From: an uncultured delta proteobacterium
GTDB lineage: Bacteria > Desulfobacterota > Binatia > Binatales > Binataceae
Assembly (NCBI GenBank): GCA_963711565.1
Contig: CAVQEQ010000001.1
Span: 192,001 to 256,000 of the forward strand
DNA: 64,000 nucleotides
Direction: 5' to 3'
Shown here: positions 8,829-18,127 of the stretch, in pieces
Position numbering within the stretch: position 1 is the first letter of the stretch
How the letters are laid out: the number at the start of each line of letters is the position of its first letter
Made by a program: the position numbers and the translations under genes
Notes under the pieces: model-generated
Told to the model about the DNA's origin: nothing
What the model saw: the letters and a program-made list of their open reading frames with translations, nothing else
The model's database searches: none

Positions 8829-11117
8829 ATGAGTGACCGCAAACATTCCGGGTTGACGCCCCGACGCGCCGTTGCGGCGTTCGCCATCGTTCTTGTTTTC
8901 GCCTTCGCCGCATCATGGACCTCGCTTTCCGCACACGCGGGTGGCGCGGCCGCAACTCCCTCGGTCGCGGCACCAAGGCAGGGGCAGCATCGCCTAGCGA
9001 TAAGAACAGGAACGGTCTATCTATCGCAATTGCCGGCGGCGACGCTGAGCGTCGGCCGGCGTTCGCGACCGTTGCGCGTCGCCAATCCCGCCGCCTATCG
9101 CCAAGGCAAAGCCGCGCTTGACGCGGGCGCGACGCTGCCCGGCATTCCAGCACTCGCGACGCTCGCACTGACCACGACGCCGACCGTATCGACGAATTTC
9201 GCAGGGCTGGCATATCCGGACTCGCAATGCGGCACCGACTGCGAGCCGCCGGACACGCAAGTGGCGGCGGGCCCGAGCAATGTGGTCGAGGTGATCAACA
9301 TCGTAGGGCAGGTCTATACGAAGACCGGAACCGCAGTCGGGACCGCCTTTAACCTCAATACCTTGTTCGGCGTTGACCCCGCCATTTTCTCGAGCGATCC
9401 GAGAATCGCGTACGACACGATTTCAGGCCGGTGGTTCATCTCGTTTTTGACTTTCGATAATGACAATTACGACGAAGCGCAAAATGGCTTCTTCGATCTT
9501 GCGGTCTCGATGAGTTCGGATCCGACAGCGGGCTTCTACACGTATTCTATCGAGACGCCCGGCGATGGTCCCGATCAGCCATCGCTCGGATTTAACGACG
9601 ATAAGGTGGCCCAGGGCAGCAACTCATATTCGTGCGATCCCGACTGCGCGGAAGGCCCTTACGAAGGCAACGAGTTCCTGGTTTGGAACAAGAGCGAGCT
9701 TCTGGCCGGCGACGCGACTATAGATACGGATTACTATCCGCCGGGCCAGGACACCACCGACTTCCCGATCATTGCGGCCAGGAGCCGATCGTCAACCTCG
9801 ACGCTTTGGATGCTCTCCGCTTTCGGCACCCAGCTCGATCCCCCCAATCCTCCCATCGTTATCGACGAACTGAACATATGGTCGGTCACCGGCGTCCCCA
9901 GCGCCGACACGAGCAGCGCCGCCACGGATACGATCGCAACGATAACGGACTTTATCGATCCGCCGAGCGCGCAGCAGAAGAATGGAAGCGGCAACAAGAT
10001 TTACACCGCGGATTCGCGTCTGCTGGACGCGGTCTATCGCGACGGCCTCTTGTGGGGATCCGGGAACGACTCCTGCCTGCCGACGGGAGACACCTTAGAC
10101 CGCAGCTGCCTGCAATACTTCGAGGTACTGACGGGAGGCGCCAGCCCGGTCGTGAATCAGGATTTTTCATTCGGCACCAAGAACGCGTACGACTACTATC
10201 CGTCGGTCGATCTCGACAGTTCCGACGACCTGATCAGCTCCTTCAGCCAATCATCCTCAACCGAATTTCCGTCGGCCTATGTCGATGGGCGCCTGCTCGG
10301 TGATCCAGTCAACACGCTCGGAACACCGGTGCTCTTTCAAGCCGGCGCCCAGACGTACAACGGAAGCAGTTGGGGCGATTATTCGGGTGCCGGCGTCGAT
10401 CCAAGCGATCAGACTTCGATTTGGGTCGCGGCGGAATACGCAACCAACGCGTTAACAGGTCTCAATTGGGGAACATCGATAGCCGAGGCTCGAGTCCTCG
10501 CCGCCTCATCTGCCAGCCCGACTCCGACCGCCACCGCGACGCCGACTGCCACCGCAACGCCAACCACCACAGCCACTGCCACGACTACCGTAACTGCGAC
10601 CGCCACGAACAGCGCAACACCGACCACTTCCGCGACGCCAACAGCATCCAGCAGCCCGACCGCGAGCGCGTCAGGAACTCCAGCTCCAACCACAACCGTC
10701 ACCGCCACCGCGACGGCAACCTCGACGCCGACCGCAACGCCAACCGCGACCAGCACCGCGACTGCAACTCAGACGGCGACTCCGACTGCGACGCCGACGC
10801 CGCCATTCGGAACGTTCAGCGTCTCCGGCAACCTGAGTTTCGGCAAGGTGAAGGTCAACTCGACCAAGAGCAAGCACCTGAAGATCAAGAACAAGGGCAA
10901 GGGCTCGCTGCAGGTAATGGTTGGGACGCTCGTGCCGCCGTTCACCGTGACGGCAGGCAGCGGCACCTTCAACCTGGCCAAGGGCAAGACCGAAAATGTA
11001 ACCGTCCAGTTCAAGCCGACCGCCGCGGGCGCGACGCCGGAACAAGTCCTGATGATCACGAGCGACGACCCCAAGCATCCGTCGCACAACACGCCCGCGT
11101 CGGGCTCCGGAAAATAA
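8829..11117 (+). CDS. Large secreted protein with Thr/Pro-rich linker and C-terminal Ig-like (ASPM-SPD-2-Hydin/choice-of-anchor D-like) domain
   Basis: Signal peptide, PPDTQVAAGP beta-rich domain, (TPTATAT)n linker, LSFGKV...IKNKG...VQFKP C-terminus. Confidence 0.8.
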   Translation: MSDRKHSGLTPRRAVAAFAIVLVFAFAASWTSLSAHAGGAAATPSVAAPRQGQHRLAIRTGTVYLSQLPAATLSVGRRSRPLRVANPAAYRQGKAALDAGATLPGIPALATLALTTTPTVSTNFAGLAYPDSQCGTDCEPPDTQVAAGPSNVVEVINIVGQVYTKTGTAVGTAFNLNTLFGVDPAIFSSDPRIAYDTISGRWFISFLTFDNDNYDEAQNGFFDLAVSMSSDPTAGFYTYSIETPGDGPDQPSLGFNDDKVAQGSNSYSCDPDCAEGPYEGNEFLVWNKSELLAGDATIDTDYYPPGQDTTDFPIIAARSRSSTSTLWMLSAFGTQLDPPNPPIVIDELNIWSVTGVPSADTSSAATDTIATITDFIDPPSAQQKNGSGNKIYTADSRLLDAVYRDGLLWGSGNDSCLPTGDTLDRSCLQYFEVLTGGASPVVNQDFSFGTKNAYDYYPSVDLDSSDDLISSFSQSSSTEFPSAYVDGRLLGDPVNTLGTPVLFQAGAQTYNGSSWGDYSGAGVDPSDQTSIWVAAEYATNALTGLNWGTSIAEARVLAASSASPTPTATATPTATATPTTTATATTTVTATATNSATPTTSATPTASSSPTASASGTPAPTTTVTATATATSTPTATPTATSTATATQTATPTATPTPPFGTFSVSGNLSFGKVKVNSTKSKHLKIKNKGKGSLQVMVGTLVPPFTVTAGSGTFNLAKGKTENVTVQFKPTAAGATPEQVLMITSDDPKHPSHNTPASGSGK
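10515..10805 (+). repeat. Low-complexity coding repeat (TPTATAT)n
   Basis: Degenerate ACG/CCG/ACC/GCG repeats within 8829-11117. Confidence 0.85.
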
Positions 11118-11140
11118 TCGCGCCTATTTTCGCGGCGTAG

Positions 11141-11184
11141 CGGAACCTAACCCCTAACCCCTTCCCCTGGTGGAAGGGGAACCG
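11141..11184. repeat. REP-like element family C
   Basis: CCTAACCCCTAACCCCTTCCCC-TGGT-GGAAGGGGAACC, between convergent genes. Confidence 0.75.
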
Positions 11185-11224
11185 GATTGGAAAGAGGACG
11201 GCGCTACGCTGCTGGCAAGCAAAC

Positions 11225-12226
11225 CTACCGACTGGGCGCTGTCCCCGCTGCCGTGTCTGCTCGCAATGTGATGATTCGTCCGCTCGCCTCGCGCAAATCT
11301 GCGGTAGTTACCTGCCACACTCCGAGGTGTCGTTTCATTGTTATGAAAACGATGCCCTTGCTGTGGGTTCCTTCGACACTGATTGCGAATTTCGCGCTGC
11401 CCTCGGGGCCGCGATAGCTCAGCTGGCTTCCCCATCGGTTTAAGTTGACGCTGCTTATGGTTCCCAATTCGGCCTGAATGATTAGATCCGATCGAACATA
11501 ATTGTCCGCGATACGATAGGGCTCACTCTTGGCGAGGAAGTGCGGCGCTACGACACTCCAGACGGCAATTCCTACTGCCAGAGCGCTACCCCAGAGGAGC
11601 AAACGCTTCGCGATCCTCGGAACTCGCGGAGGCGCGCTGGTCGTTGCTTTCTTGATGCGCGGACCGGACATCGCTTGTAGTGCTTCTTCGAGAAGCCCAC
11701 GCGCCTTTCGCGCCTCGTACCCGAAGCTTGCCGCCACCATCAAATATGCGACGGCACCCATCGCACTCATAAATCCCATGCCTTCCAGCCAATTCCCGGC
11801 CTGATTTCTTTTCGAAGAAAAGATAGCCTCGAACAAAGAAAGGAAGGCGATGAAAGCCAGCGTCCCAAACCACAGCGCGGCGAATCCGCTCGCATACTGC
11901 CTCAGGCGCATCCTGACTTGCACGCGCGTGCCACGCGGTCTGGGGTCGAAGCGGCCAATAACCACCGGCTGCAAGCCATTCGAGTAATAAATGAGCCGCA
12001 TTATTTTGAAGCCCTCTGGCGAGACTTCCCCGGCAAAGAGCTTATTGGTCCGGCGGAACCCCGCGAGGAATACGTTTCCGGGTTCGACGATTGCGTGAAG
12101 CCGTTCGACGGTTTCGGACTGGGAGATCTCTGTGTCGATAACAAACTGTCTGGATGGAAACCGGATCAGATCGCGCAGCCACCCGCCGCCAGAATTGAGC
12201 GGCGCGCCTCCCCCGTTTGACGACAT
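11225..12226 (-). CDS. Membrane protein with C-terminal Coa1-like domain
   Basis: TM segments; C-terminal ELG...G.A.F.I.V.G..KG.V...K..G.W pattern resembles Coa1; N-half similar to 16920-17498. Confidence 0.55.
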   Translation of the reverse strand: MSSNGGGAPLNSGGGWLRDLIRFPSRQFVIDTEISQSETVERLHAIVEPGNVFLAGFRRTNKLFAGEVSPEGFKIMRLIYYSNGLQPVVIGRFDPRPRGTRVQVRMRLRQYASGFAALWFGTLAFIAFLSLFEAIFSSKRNQAGNWLEGMGFMSAMGAVAYLMVAASFGYEARKARGLLEEALQAMSGPRIKKATTSAPPRVPRIAKRLLLWGSALAVGIAVWSVVAPHFLAKSEPYRIADNYVRSDLIIQAELGTISSVNLNRWGSQLSYRGPEGSAKFAISVEGTHSKGIVFITMKRHLGVWQVTTADLREASGRIITLRADTAAGTAPSR

Positions 12227-12310
12227 GTCGCAATGTTACGCGCAGCCGATGCGCCCGACAATGCGCGGCGCCGGACTAGCTGCGGGGGCGACGCGCTCGC
12301 GGCGCCTTTG

Positions 12311-12982
12311 CTAGTTGGTCTGGAGGCCGGCGGTCTTCTGGCGGATCAGGCTGACGAGTTTGTCGTAGCCGTCGGTGTTGAGCACGCGGTTGAATTGATT
12401 GCGGTAGTTGGCGATCACGCTGATCGAGTCAATCGTGATGTCGTAGATTTTCCACTCGTTGCCGCCCAGCCGCATCATGTAGTTGACGGGAATCGGATCC
12501 TTCTGATCCTGCAGCACAACCGTGCTGTAAACCTCGGCGTAGTCGGGGCCGTCAGTCGTCTGCCTAGTGAATTGAATCATTGAGGATTGTATCTGCTGGT
12601 TAATCTTTTCGACCGAGTAGGATTCGATACGCGACAGGTAGGCGTCCTCGATGAAGGTGGTGAAGAGCGGCACGAACTCGCTCTGCTGCGCGGGCGTCAA
12701 AGTTTTCCAATGATAGCCGATCGCCGATTGCGACATCTCGGTAAAATCGAAATGGCTCTCGGCGATCGCGCGCAGCTTCTGCTCGCGATCGGCCGCGGAG
12801 ATCTGCTGATCTTTGAACACGACGATTGACTGATCGATGATTGATTTGACCGACGCGGTCGCGTCGCTGGGCGAATACGAGGCGGGCACGGGCGCCTGGG
12901 CGGCGGCCGCGGCGGCGAACGCAAATGAGAGCACCGCGCTAAGCGCAATCGTTTGTAGTTTCAATTTCAGGCGCGTCTTCAC
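12311..12982 (-). CDS. MlaC/Ttg2D-like phospholipid-binding periplasmic protein
   Basis: Signal peptide, HFDFTEMS..AIG.HW, WKIYDITIDSISVIANYRNQF. Confidence 0.85.
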   Translation of the reverse strand: MKTRLKLKLQTIALSAVLSFAFAAAAAAQAPVPASYSPSDATASVKSIIDQSIVVFKDQQISAADREQKLRAIAESHFDFTEMSQSAIGYHWKTLTPAQQSEFVPLFTTFIEDAYLSRIESYSVEKINQQIQSSMIQFTRQTTDGPDYAEVYSTVVLQDQKDPIPVNYMMRLGGNEWKIYDITIDSISVIANYRNQFNRVLNTDGYDKLVSLIRQKTAGLQTN

Positions 12983-12995
12983 TCGGGGAGAATTT

Positions 12996-13280
12996 CTACA
13001 GCGTGGGACCGTTCTTGAACAGTTTGCGGTCGTCCACGTCGCCATCCGACGGTTTGCGCAGGCAACTTTCCGCGAGCCATCGATTCGTCACGGTATCCGA
13101 CAACGCAGTCCCGCCTTCATCGACCGCCCAGGTCCGGCTGTTGATGGTCGTCTGATTGAAAATCCTGCCGCAGCTTCTGCAGGTAAATGCGAGCCGCGAA
13201 CCGCCTCCCGGAGCTATCGATTCGATGGTGCGAACCTTCCAGTCGTGCGTTCTCCACGGCGTCAACCCTTCATCGCGCAT
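12996..13280 (-). CDS. Small hypothetical protein with HxW...CxxC (possible zinc ribbon)
   Basis: GGAGG SD, 94 aa, HDW and CRSC. Confidence 0.65.
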   Translation of the reverse strand: MRDEGLTPWRTHDWKVRTIESIAPGGGSRLAFTCRSCGRIFNQTTINSRTWAVDEGGTALSDTVTNRWLAESCLRKPSDGDVDDRKLFKNGPTL

Positions 13281-13314
13281 ATCGCCTCCTGCAAAATGTT
13301 CAATTCCAATTCAT

Positions 13315-13638
13315 CTACGCGGCGCCGCTGCCAGTGCTGCGCTTGGCGGGCGCGCGCCGTTTGCGTTCACCGCGGTACTTTTGCACACCGGGCTCCTGCG
13401 GACGGAAGGGATCGACGTGAATTTTGCGGCCTTCGAGTTCGGTGCCGCTGAAATAGACGGCGGCATTGATCGCATCTTCGACTTCGACCATTTCGACGAA
13501 GCCGAATCCGCGGGATTTACCGGTGAGCTTGTCGGTGATCACCAGCGCGCCGGCTACCCGGCCGACTTTGGAGAAGAGCGCCCGCAGCTCATCGCGCGTA
13601 ACTGACTCAGCGAGATTTCCTACATATATTCTCGGCAC
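13315..13638 (-). CDS. RRM RNA-binding protein
   Basis: RNP2 IYVGNL, RNP1 RGFGFVEM; GTG start with AGGAGG SD. Confidence 0.9.
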   Translation of the reverse strand: MPRIYVGNLAESVTRDELRALFSKVGRVAGALVITDKLTGKSRGFGFVEMVEVEDAINAAVYFSGTELEGRKIHVDPFRPQEPGVQKYRGERKRRAPAKRSTGSGAA

Positions 13639-13743
13639 CGGCCCTCCTGATTGCGAGGCGTGAGACTTCTGTCGGCTCCCAGGACGGGAGCGCGAAGAGA
13701 ATTCAAACATTGAGGACCGCGAGACTCGGAGCCCGCGATCTTG

Positions 13744-13780
13744 AAAAACGACTGAGCGGGCACACAGTGCGCCCGCTCAG
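13744..13780 (-). terminator. Intrinsic terminator after the upstream RRM gene
   Basis: CTGAGCGGGC...GCCCGCTCAG stem followed by a T-tract on the minus strand. Confidence 0.65.
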
Positions 13781-13792
13781 CCTCAGATCAAT

Positions 13793-14125
13793 TTACCAGC
13801 GGCCGCCGCCTCCGCCGCCGCGATTGTCTCCGCCGCCGCGCCGGTTGCCACCGCCACCGCCGCCGCCGAAGCTCGATTCGCGGGGCTTGGCCTCGCTAAC
13901 CTTGATGTTCCTTCCCTTGAGATCGGTATCATTCAGGGTCTGGATTGCCTTGGACGCATCTTCCGCATTCGCCATCTCGACGAAGCCGAAGCCCTTCGAT
14001 TGGCCGGAAAATTTATCCGTGATTACCGCCACGCTTTGAACCTGGCCTGCTTGTGAAAACAGTTCTTCCAGATCGCTGTTGGAGACCGAGTAGGCCAGAT
14101 TGCCTACGTACAATTTGCTGGGCAT
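13793..14125 (-). CDS. Glycine-rich RRM RNA-binding protein
   Basis: LYVGNL, KGFGFVEM, Gly/Arg-rich tail. Confidence 0.95.
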   Translation of the reverse strand: MPSKLYVGNLAYSVSNSDLEELFSQAGQVQSVAVITDKFSGQSKGFGFVEMANAEDASKAIQTLNDTDLKGRNIKVSEAKPRESSFGGGGGGGNRRGGGDNRGGGGGGRW

Positions 14126-14347
14126 TTTTGCCCTCCGTAAGTATTTGCCGGGAAGCTCTCGTACAGAAAACCCGGGCTAATTCCCGGGCTTAGAGAAAGG
14201 AACAATCCGAGCGTTAGAACAGCAGAATACGCTAATCCCGCCCCCGAAGATAGGGGGCCAAAACTCGTTGCCAGATCGTATAGTATCGCCCGCTGGAGCT
14301 GAATGCGACGCCCTCTCTCGTTCGACTCGCCCATGCGCAAGCCGGCG

Positions 14348-14379
14348 AAAAAGAAGGCCGGACCGCGAGCGGTCCGGCC
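14348..14379 (-). terminator. Intrinsic terminator
   Basis: GGCCGGACCGC-GA-GCGGTCCGGCC stem followed by a T-rich tract on the minus strand. Confidence 0.65.
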
Positions 14380-14399
14380 AGTAATTGCAGTCTCTTCGA

Positions 14400-14768
14400 T
14401 CAAAGGTGGAAGAAGAGATTCATGCCTTCAGATGGCGGGTAATAGTCAGGGCCGTATTCCCCCGGTGGATAGTAGGCATAGGGCTCAGGCTCCACGTAGG
14501 GGTCGGGTCCGTATGGGTAATATTCCGGGCCGCCGTAGTAACCGCCCCAACCTCCGCCATGCCAGCCCCCATGCCAGCCGCCGTGGCCGCCATGATAAGC
14601 GCCATGGTATCCGCCATGGCCGCCGCCATGACGGGCAGCCAAGGCAGAGTTCGCGGGGAGCGCACACAACAGGAGGCCGCCGAATGCGAGCGCGGTCGCG
14701 ATTCGCGCGAATCTCCTGAAGATGGATCGCGAGGCGTTGGCGTTGTCATGTTTAGTCGAGTTGTTCAT
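14400..14768 (-). CDS. Exported Gly/His/Tyr/Pro-rich small protein
   Basis: Signal peptide with RRF motif, HGG repeats, YPP-rich tail; GGAG SD. Confidence 0.75.
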   Translation of the reverse strand: MNNSTKHDNANASRSIFRRFARIATALAFGGLLLCALPANSALAARHGGGHGGYHGAYHGGHGGWHGGWHGGGWGGYYGGPEYYPYGPDPYVEPEPYAYYPPGEYGPDYYPPSEGMNLFFHL

Positions 14769-14801
14769 GTTGACTCTCCGTCGCCGGCGCGACTGCCAGT
14801 G

Positions 14802-15332
14802 CTAGCTTTCCTTGCTGACTTCTTTTTTTGCCTCGGTGCGCGCGCGTCTGCGGAACATCGAGTCGGCAGTCTTCTTCTGCGCGTCAGACAGGCTGTTGTA
14901 GAGATCCTCGAAGGCCGGAACGAATTTCTTCATCCCATCTTCATGGGCCTGGATCACTTCCGCGTAGGATTTCACGGCATCGACCGCGGTCATCGATTTC
15001 GAGTCCGCCAGGCGCTGTTTTTCGAGGTCCATCATCGCCTGCGCGTTATCGCGCATTACCTGGGCGAGGTTGTCCCATTGAGTCTTCTGAGCCTCGGTGA
15101 TGTGGAGCCTCGTGTGCAGCTCGCGGAGTCGCGCATCGACCGAAGCGTTTGCGGGAGATTCCGGTGCTGTCTCCGATGCTGCCATCTGTTGGTGTGAAGA
15201 GGCCGCGGGTGACTTGGCGGCGGCCGCACTATCGCCGGGGGCCGCGAACAAAGGCGTCGCGAGAAAGATGGCGCCGAGCAGAGTTGCGGCTGCGGTGGTT
15301 GTGCGCGCGCTTGGACGGTTTGACGGGATCAT
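14802..15332 (-). CDS. Spy/CpxP-like LTXXQ-motif periplasmic protein
   Basis: Signal peptide, LHITEAQK..W and LYNSLSDAQKKTAD motifs. Confidence 0.8.
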   Translation of the reverse strand: MIPSNRPSARTTTAAATLLGAIFLATPLFAAPGDSAAAAKSPAASSHQQMAASETAPESPANASVDARLRELHTRLHITEAQKTQWDNLAQVMRDNAQAMMDLEKQRLADSKSMTAVDAVKSYAEVIQAHEDGMKKFVPAFEDLYNSLSDAQKKTADSMFRRRARTEAKKEVSKES

Positions 15333-15628
15333 AATTTGGTTACCCCTGAAATGGTTTACGATTGTTCCCTCATGGGATTCGATGATCAGGATTAAGTGCA
15401 ATTTCGGGGCCCATGGCATCTGGTTCGATGCTGAAGAAAATTCCGATGGAATTTGCTGATTGATGCGCAATGCCCGAAGCGGCCCGGTGTGAAGCTCCGG
15501 AAGTTTTTACACGATTGCGCGGGCTTTGCCGGCAACAAAACGGGCCGCGCGCGGGATCAGGGCTGATTCAACGACGCGTTCGGCGACGCGAACCAATCAT
15601 GCATCCACTGATCGGCAATCAGCAGGGA

Positions 15629-15931
15629 TCAGAATCCGCGATAGCCGTAACCGTATTCGCGATGCTCCATCTCGGTTCCTACCAGATAGCCGACCGCGCC
15701 GCCGCCAAGACCGCCAATAAGCGCGCCGGTTGCCGGTGAGCCTTCAGCGCCGCCAAGCAGCGCGCCCGCGCCGGCACCGAGTGCAGCGCCGCCAACGGTA
15801 TCGTTAGCGCGAGGACTGGCGAAGCAGCCCGTCATTGTCATCATGGCAAACGCGCCGGCAAGGGTGATGATCGCCGTTCGGAACGTCCTTCCTGCTTTCA
15901 CTGGAGTTAGATTCTTTGAATTCATCTTCAT
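15629..15931 (-). CDS. Glycine-zipper lipoprotein
   Basis: Lipobox MTGC, GAALGAGAGALLG zipper. Confidence 0.8.
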   Translation of the reverse strand: MKMNSKNLTPVKAGRTFRTAIITLAGAFAMMTMTGCFASPRANDTVGGAALGAGAGALLGGAEGSPATGALIGGLGGGAVGYLVGTEMEHREYGYGYRGF

Positions 15932-16070
15932 ACCTCGATGATGTATTCATCCTAAGATACGAAGCCTGAGAACGTACGGTTGCATAAGCTCAAGCTTACA
16001 ATTTCGTAAGTTTGTGGGAGGTGAGAAACGCCGGAGAAACCGCGTGGGTCTAACGATTGGCCTGACTATC

Positions 16071-16145
16071 TGGTGATCCCAGCGGGAGTCGAACCCGCGT
16101 TCCCGACGTGAGAGGCCGGTGTCCTAACCACTAGACGATGGGACC
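16071..16145 (-). tRNA. tRNA-Glu (CTC)
   Basis: GGTCCCATCGTCTAGTGG..., anticodon loop CTCTCAC, encoded CCA. Confidence 0.95.
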
Positions 16146-16183
16146 ATCGTCGCGCACTTTGGCGGCGCGCATCCAAATCATGT

Positions 16184-16259
16184 TGGCTGAGGAGGCAGGA
16201 CTCGAACCTGCAATCGCCTGATCCAGAGTCAGGTGCCTTACCAATTTGGCCACTCCTCA
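16184..16259 (-). tRNA. tRNA-Gln (CTG)
   Basis: TGAGGAGTGGCCAAATTGG..., anticodon arm CCTGA-CTCTGGA-TCAGG, encoded CCA. Confidence 0.95.
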
Positions 16260-16316
16260 GCGCAGCCCTGAAATATAACCAACGGCTCTCGCGCGCGCCA
16301 CCGCATCCGCGCGGCG

Positions 16317-16856
16317 CTACCTGATTGAGGTGTGGCGCAGCGTCTCGGCGTGACGATTGACCAGCGCGTCGCATCGCGAGAGCAGCGCGGGATCGGCCGA
16401 GTGGCGCTCGATCATGTAGCTGAGCTCGCCGAGGTCGTGCACGAGCAGGCGCAGGCATCGTTCGTATTCGTCGGGCGCCTGCAAAGCTTTGAGCAGATCC
16501 GACACCACGTCTTCGAGTTCCGTCTCTTCGACTTCGAGCGCGATCTCGAGCGCGCGTTCGAGCTTGATTCCGGGTATCGCATCGCCCTGCGACTTTTCGA
16601 GCAGCGTGCGGAGCCGCACGATGGTGGCGTCCTCGAGCGAGATTGGACTGGGCTTGTCGAGCATCGCTTCCTGTTCGAGCACCGTCGTCACCAGATCGAG
16701 CGCGCCGACGTGCCGCGCTTCGTCACGCGCCATCCCGAACCAGAAATCCTGCAGGGACGCTTCGCTCGCGAAGATTTTCGCGAAGCGCGCGTACAGCGCC
16801 ATGCTTTGTTTTTCCAATGCGATGGTCGCATCGAGGACTTCGCGCGTCGTGGGCAT
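16317..16856 (-). CDS. Ferritin-like/rubrerythrin-family protein
   Basis: E..S..LY and DEARH diiron-type motifs, helical repeat. Confidence 0.7.
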   Translation of the reverse strand: MPTTREVLDATIALEKQSMALYARFAKIFASEASLQDFWFGMARDEARHVGALDLVTTVLEQEAMLDKPSPISLEDATIVRLRTLLEKSQGDAIPGIKLERALEIALEVEETELEDVVSDLLKALQAPDEYERCLRLLVHDLGELSYMIERHSADPALLSRCDALVNRHAETLRHTSIR

Positions 16857-16919
16857 CGTGTCTGGATGATAGCTTCCGGCTTCGAGTGCGGTAAAGCGCG
16901 CCGCCGCGACCGTGTGTCC

Positions 16920-17498
16920 TCAGGCCGGCAAGCCCGAACCTTCGGCGCCGGAGCGGAGCAGCTCCAACAAGAGCTTCATCGCGATTCGCACCTCGATCGC
17001 AAACGGCACGCTGGCAACGAGATAGATAAACAACGTCATCGCGATCACCGCCATTCGCACCGCGAAGGGACCCGCGATCATCGAATCGACGTTCACTGAA
17101 CCCCACGCCAGGAACAGTATGGCGGCAACCCAGAAGGGCACGGCCGGCCACACCGGCCGCATGTTCAGGGTCACGATTGTTCTCCGGCCGTCGCGCCGGA
17201 AGTTTCCTTCGATTATCGGCAGGAACGAGTTCTGGTAACCGGCGATACGATGGATTTTGAAGCGGCTGCCGGCGACCTTGCCCTCGAAATATCCGTGCTT
17301 CGCCAACGTCCGCCAGCCCCACTTCCGCGGCGGTTCGACGACTTCCTGGAGGACGCGCGAGGCATGTGCGGGGCTCATCGGCGTCGAGAATTCGAATTTG
17401 CGAAACGGCAGGCGGAGATAGTCACGCAGCCGTTTCGGTGCGAAATCAGTCCCGGCGATCTGTTCGGTTTCAAACACGACGCAGTGATCGTAACGCAA
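16920..17498 (-). CDS. Hypothetical membrane protein (start uncertain)
   Basis: Beta-rich N-domain plus 2 TM; similar to the N-half of 11225-12226. Confidence 0.65.
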   Translation of the reverse strand: MRYDHCVVFETEQIAGTDFAPKRLRDYLRLPFRKFEFSTPMSPAHASRVLQEVVEPPRKWGWRTLAKHGYFEGKVAGSRFKIHRIAGYQNSFLPIIEGNFRRDGRRTIVTLNMRPVWPAVPFWVAAILFLAWGSVNVDSMIAGPFAVRMAVIAMTLFIYLVASVPFAIEVRIAMKLLLELLRSGAEGSGLPA

Positions 17499-17509
17499 GC
17501 GTCGTCGTG

Positions 17510-17548
17510 AAGCACGGAGGCCCGAACGCGTTTCCGCGATCGAGCCTC
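17510..17548. repeat. 39-bp direct repeat/hairpin, copy 1
   Basis: 33/39 identical to 18494-18532; GAGGCCCGA...TCGAGCCTC stem. Confidence 0.75.
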
Positions 17549-17558
17549 CGGCCGGAGT

Positions 17559-18110
17559 TCAGTGAGACTGTTCGGTCAAAGGAGTCGCGGTCGGCGCCGC
17601 GGTCGCAGGATTTGACCGCACCGGTGGGGCGAGATTTGTCGGAAGCGAGCTTGCGGATGGAACGGGCGTGGACGCTGGGGACGGTGTCGGAGTCGCGGAC
17701 GTTGACGACCCGGTCTCGGCACTCTTTACGGTCACGCTTACGAGCGCGTCATTCTGGTAGCAGAACCATACCGTCCTCTTTTCGTTTCTGGTGACAGCCT
17801 CGGTGGGCGACAGGATGATCTCGGCCAGGCCTACCGTGAAGAAATCGGCTGCGAGTTCGCCGACCGCTATCGGTGCCTTGCCCGCGATGCCGTAGCCCTT
17901 TGTGTAAAGCAGGTATAAATCGCAGCTCGTGCCGCCGGCGCCTTTGCTCGTAGTGACCGGCACGCCCAGCTCCTGCGTTACGGAGGAGCGGCTCTCACCG
18001 GGATGGAACTTCGCCAGATCGACAGGCGTCGGACGCGTCGCCTCCATGTACACGGAGCAGCCGGAGACAAAGCACAAGACGAGGAGTATGTGCCTGAGAC
18101 GTAGAGACAT
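17559..18110 (-). CDS. Lipoprotein with Pro/Thr-rich tail
   Basis: Lipobox VSGC, SmpA-like V..ELG.P segment. Confidence 0.7.
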   Translation of the reverse strand: MSLRLRHILLVLCFVSGCSVYMEATRPTPVDLAKFHPGESRSSVTQELGVPVTTSKGAGGTSCDLYLLYTKGYGIAGKAPIAVGELAADFFTVGLAEIILSPTEAVTRNEKRTVWFCYQNDALVSVTVKSAETGSSTSATPTPSPASTPVPSASSLPTNLAPPVRSNPATAAPTATPLTEQSH

Positions 18111-18127
18111 ATCCGGGAACCCCTTTT

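Noticed and set aside
1150-16145. tRNA-anchored genomic island between tRNA-Met and tRNA-Glu
   Set aside because: No integrase and no duplicated tRNA 3' end were found by eye; the region includes the core gene def.
16066-16458. 130-aa ORF
   Set aside because: Overlaps the tRNA-Gln and tRNA-Glu genes.
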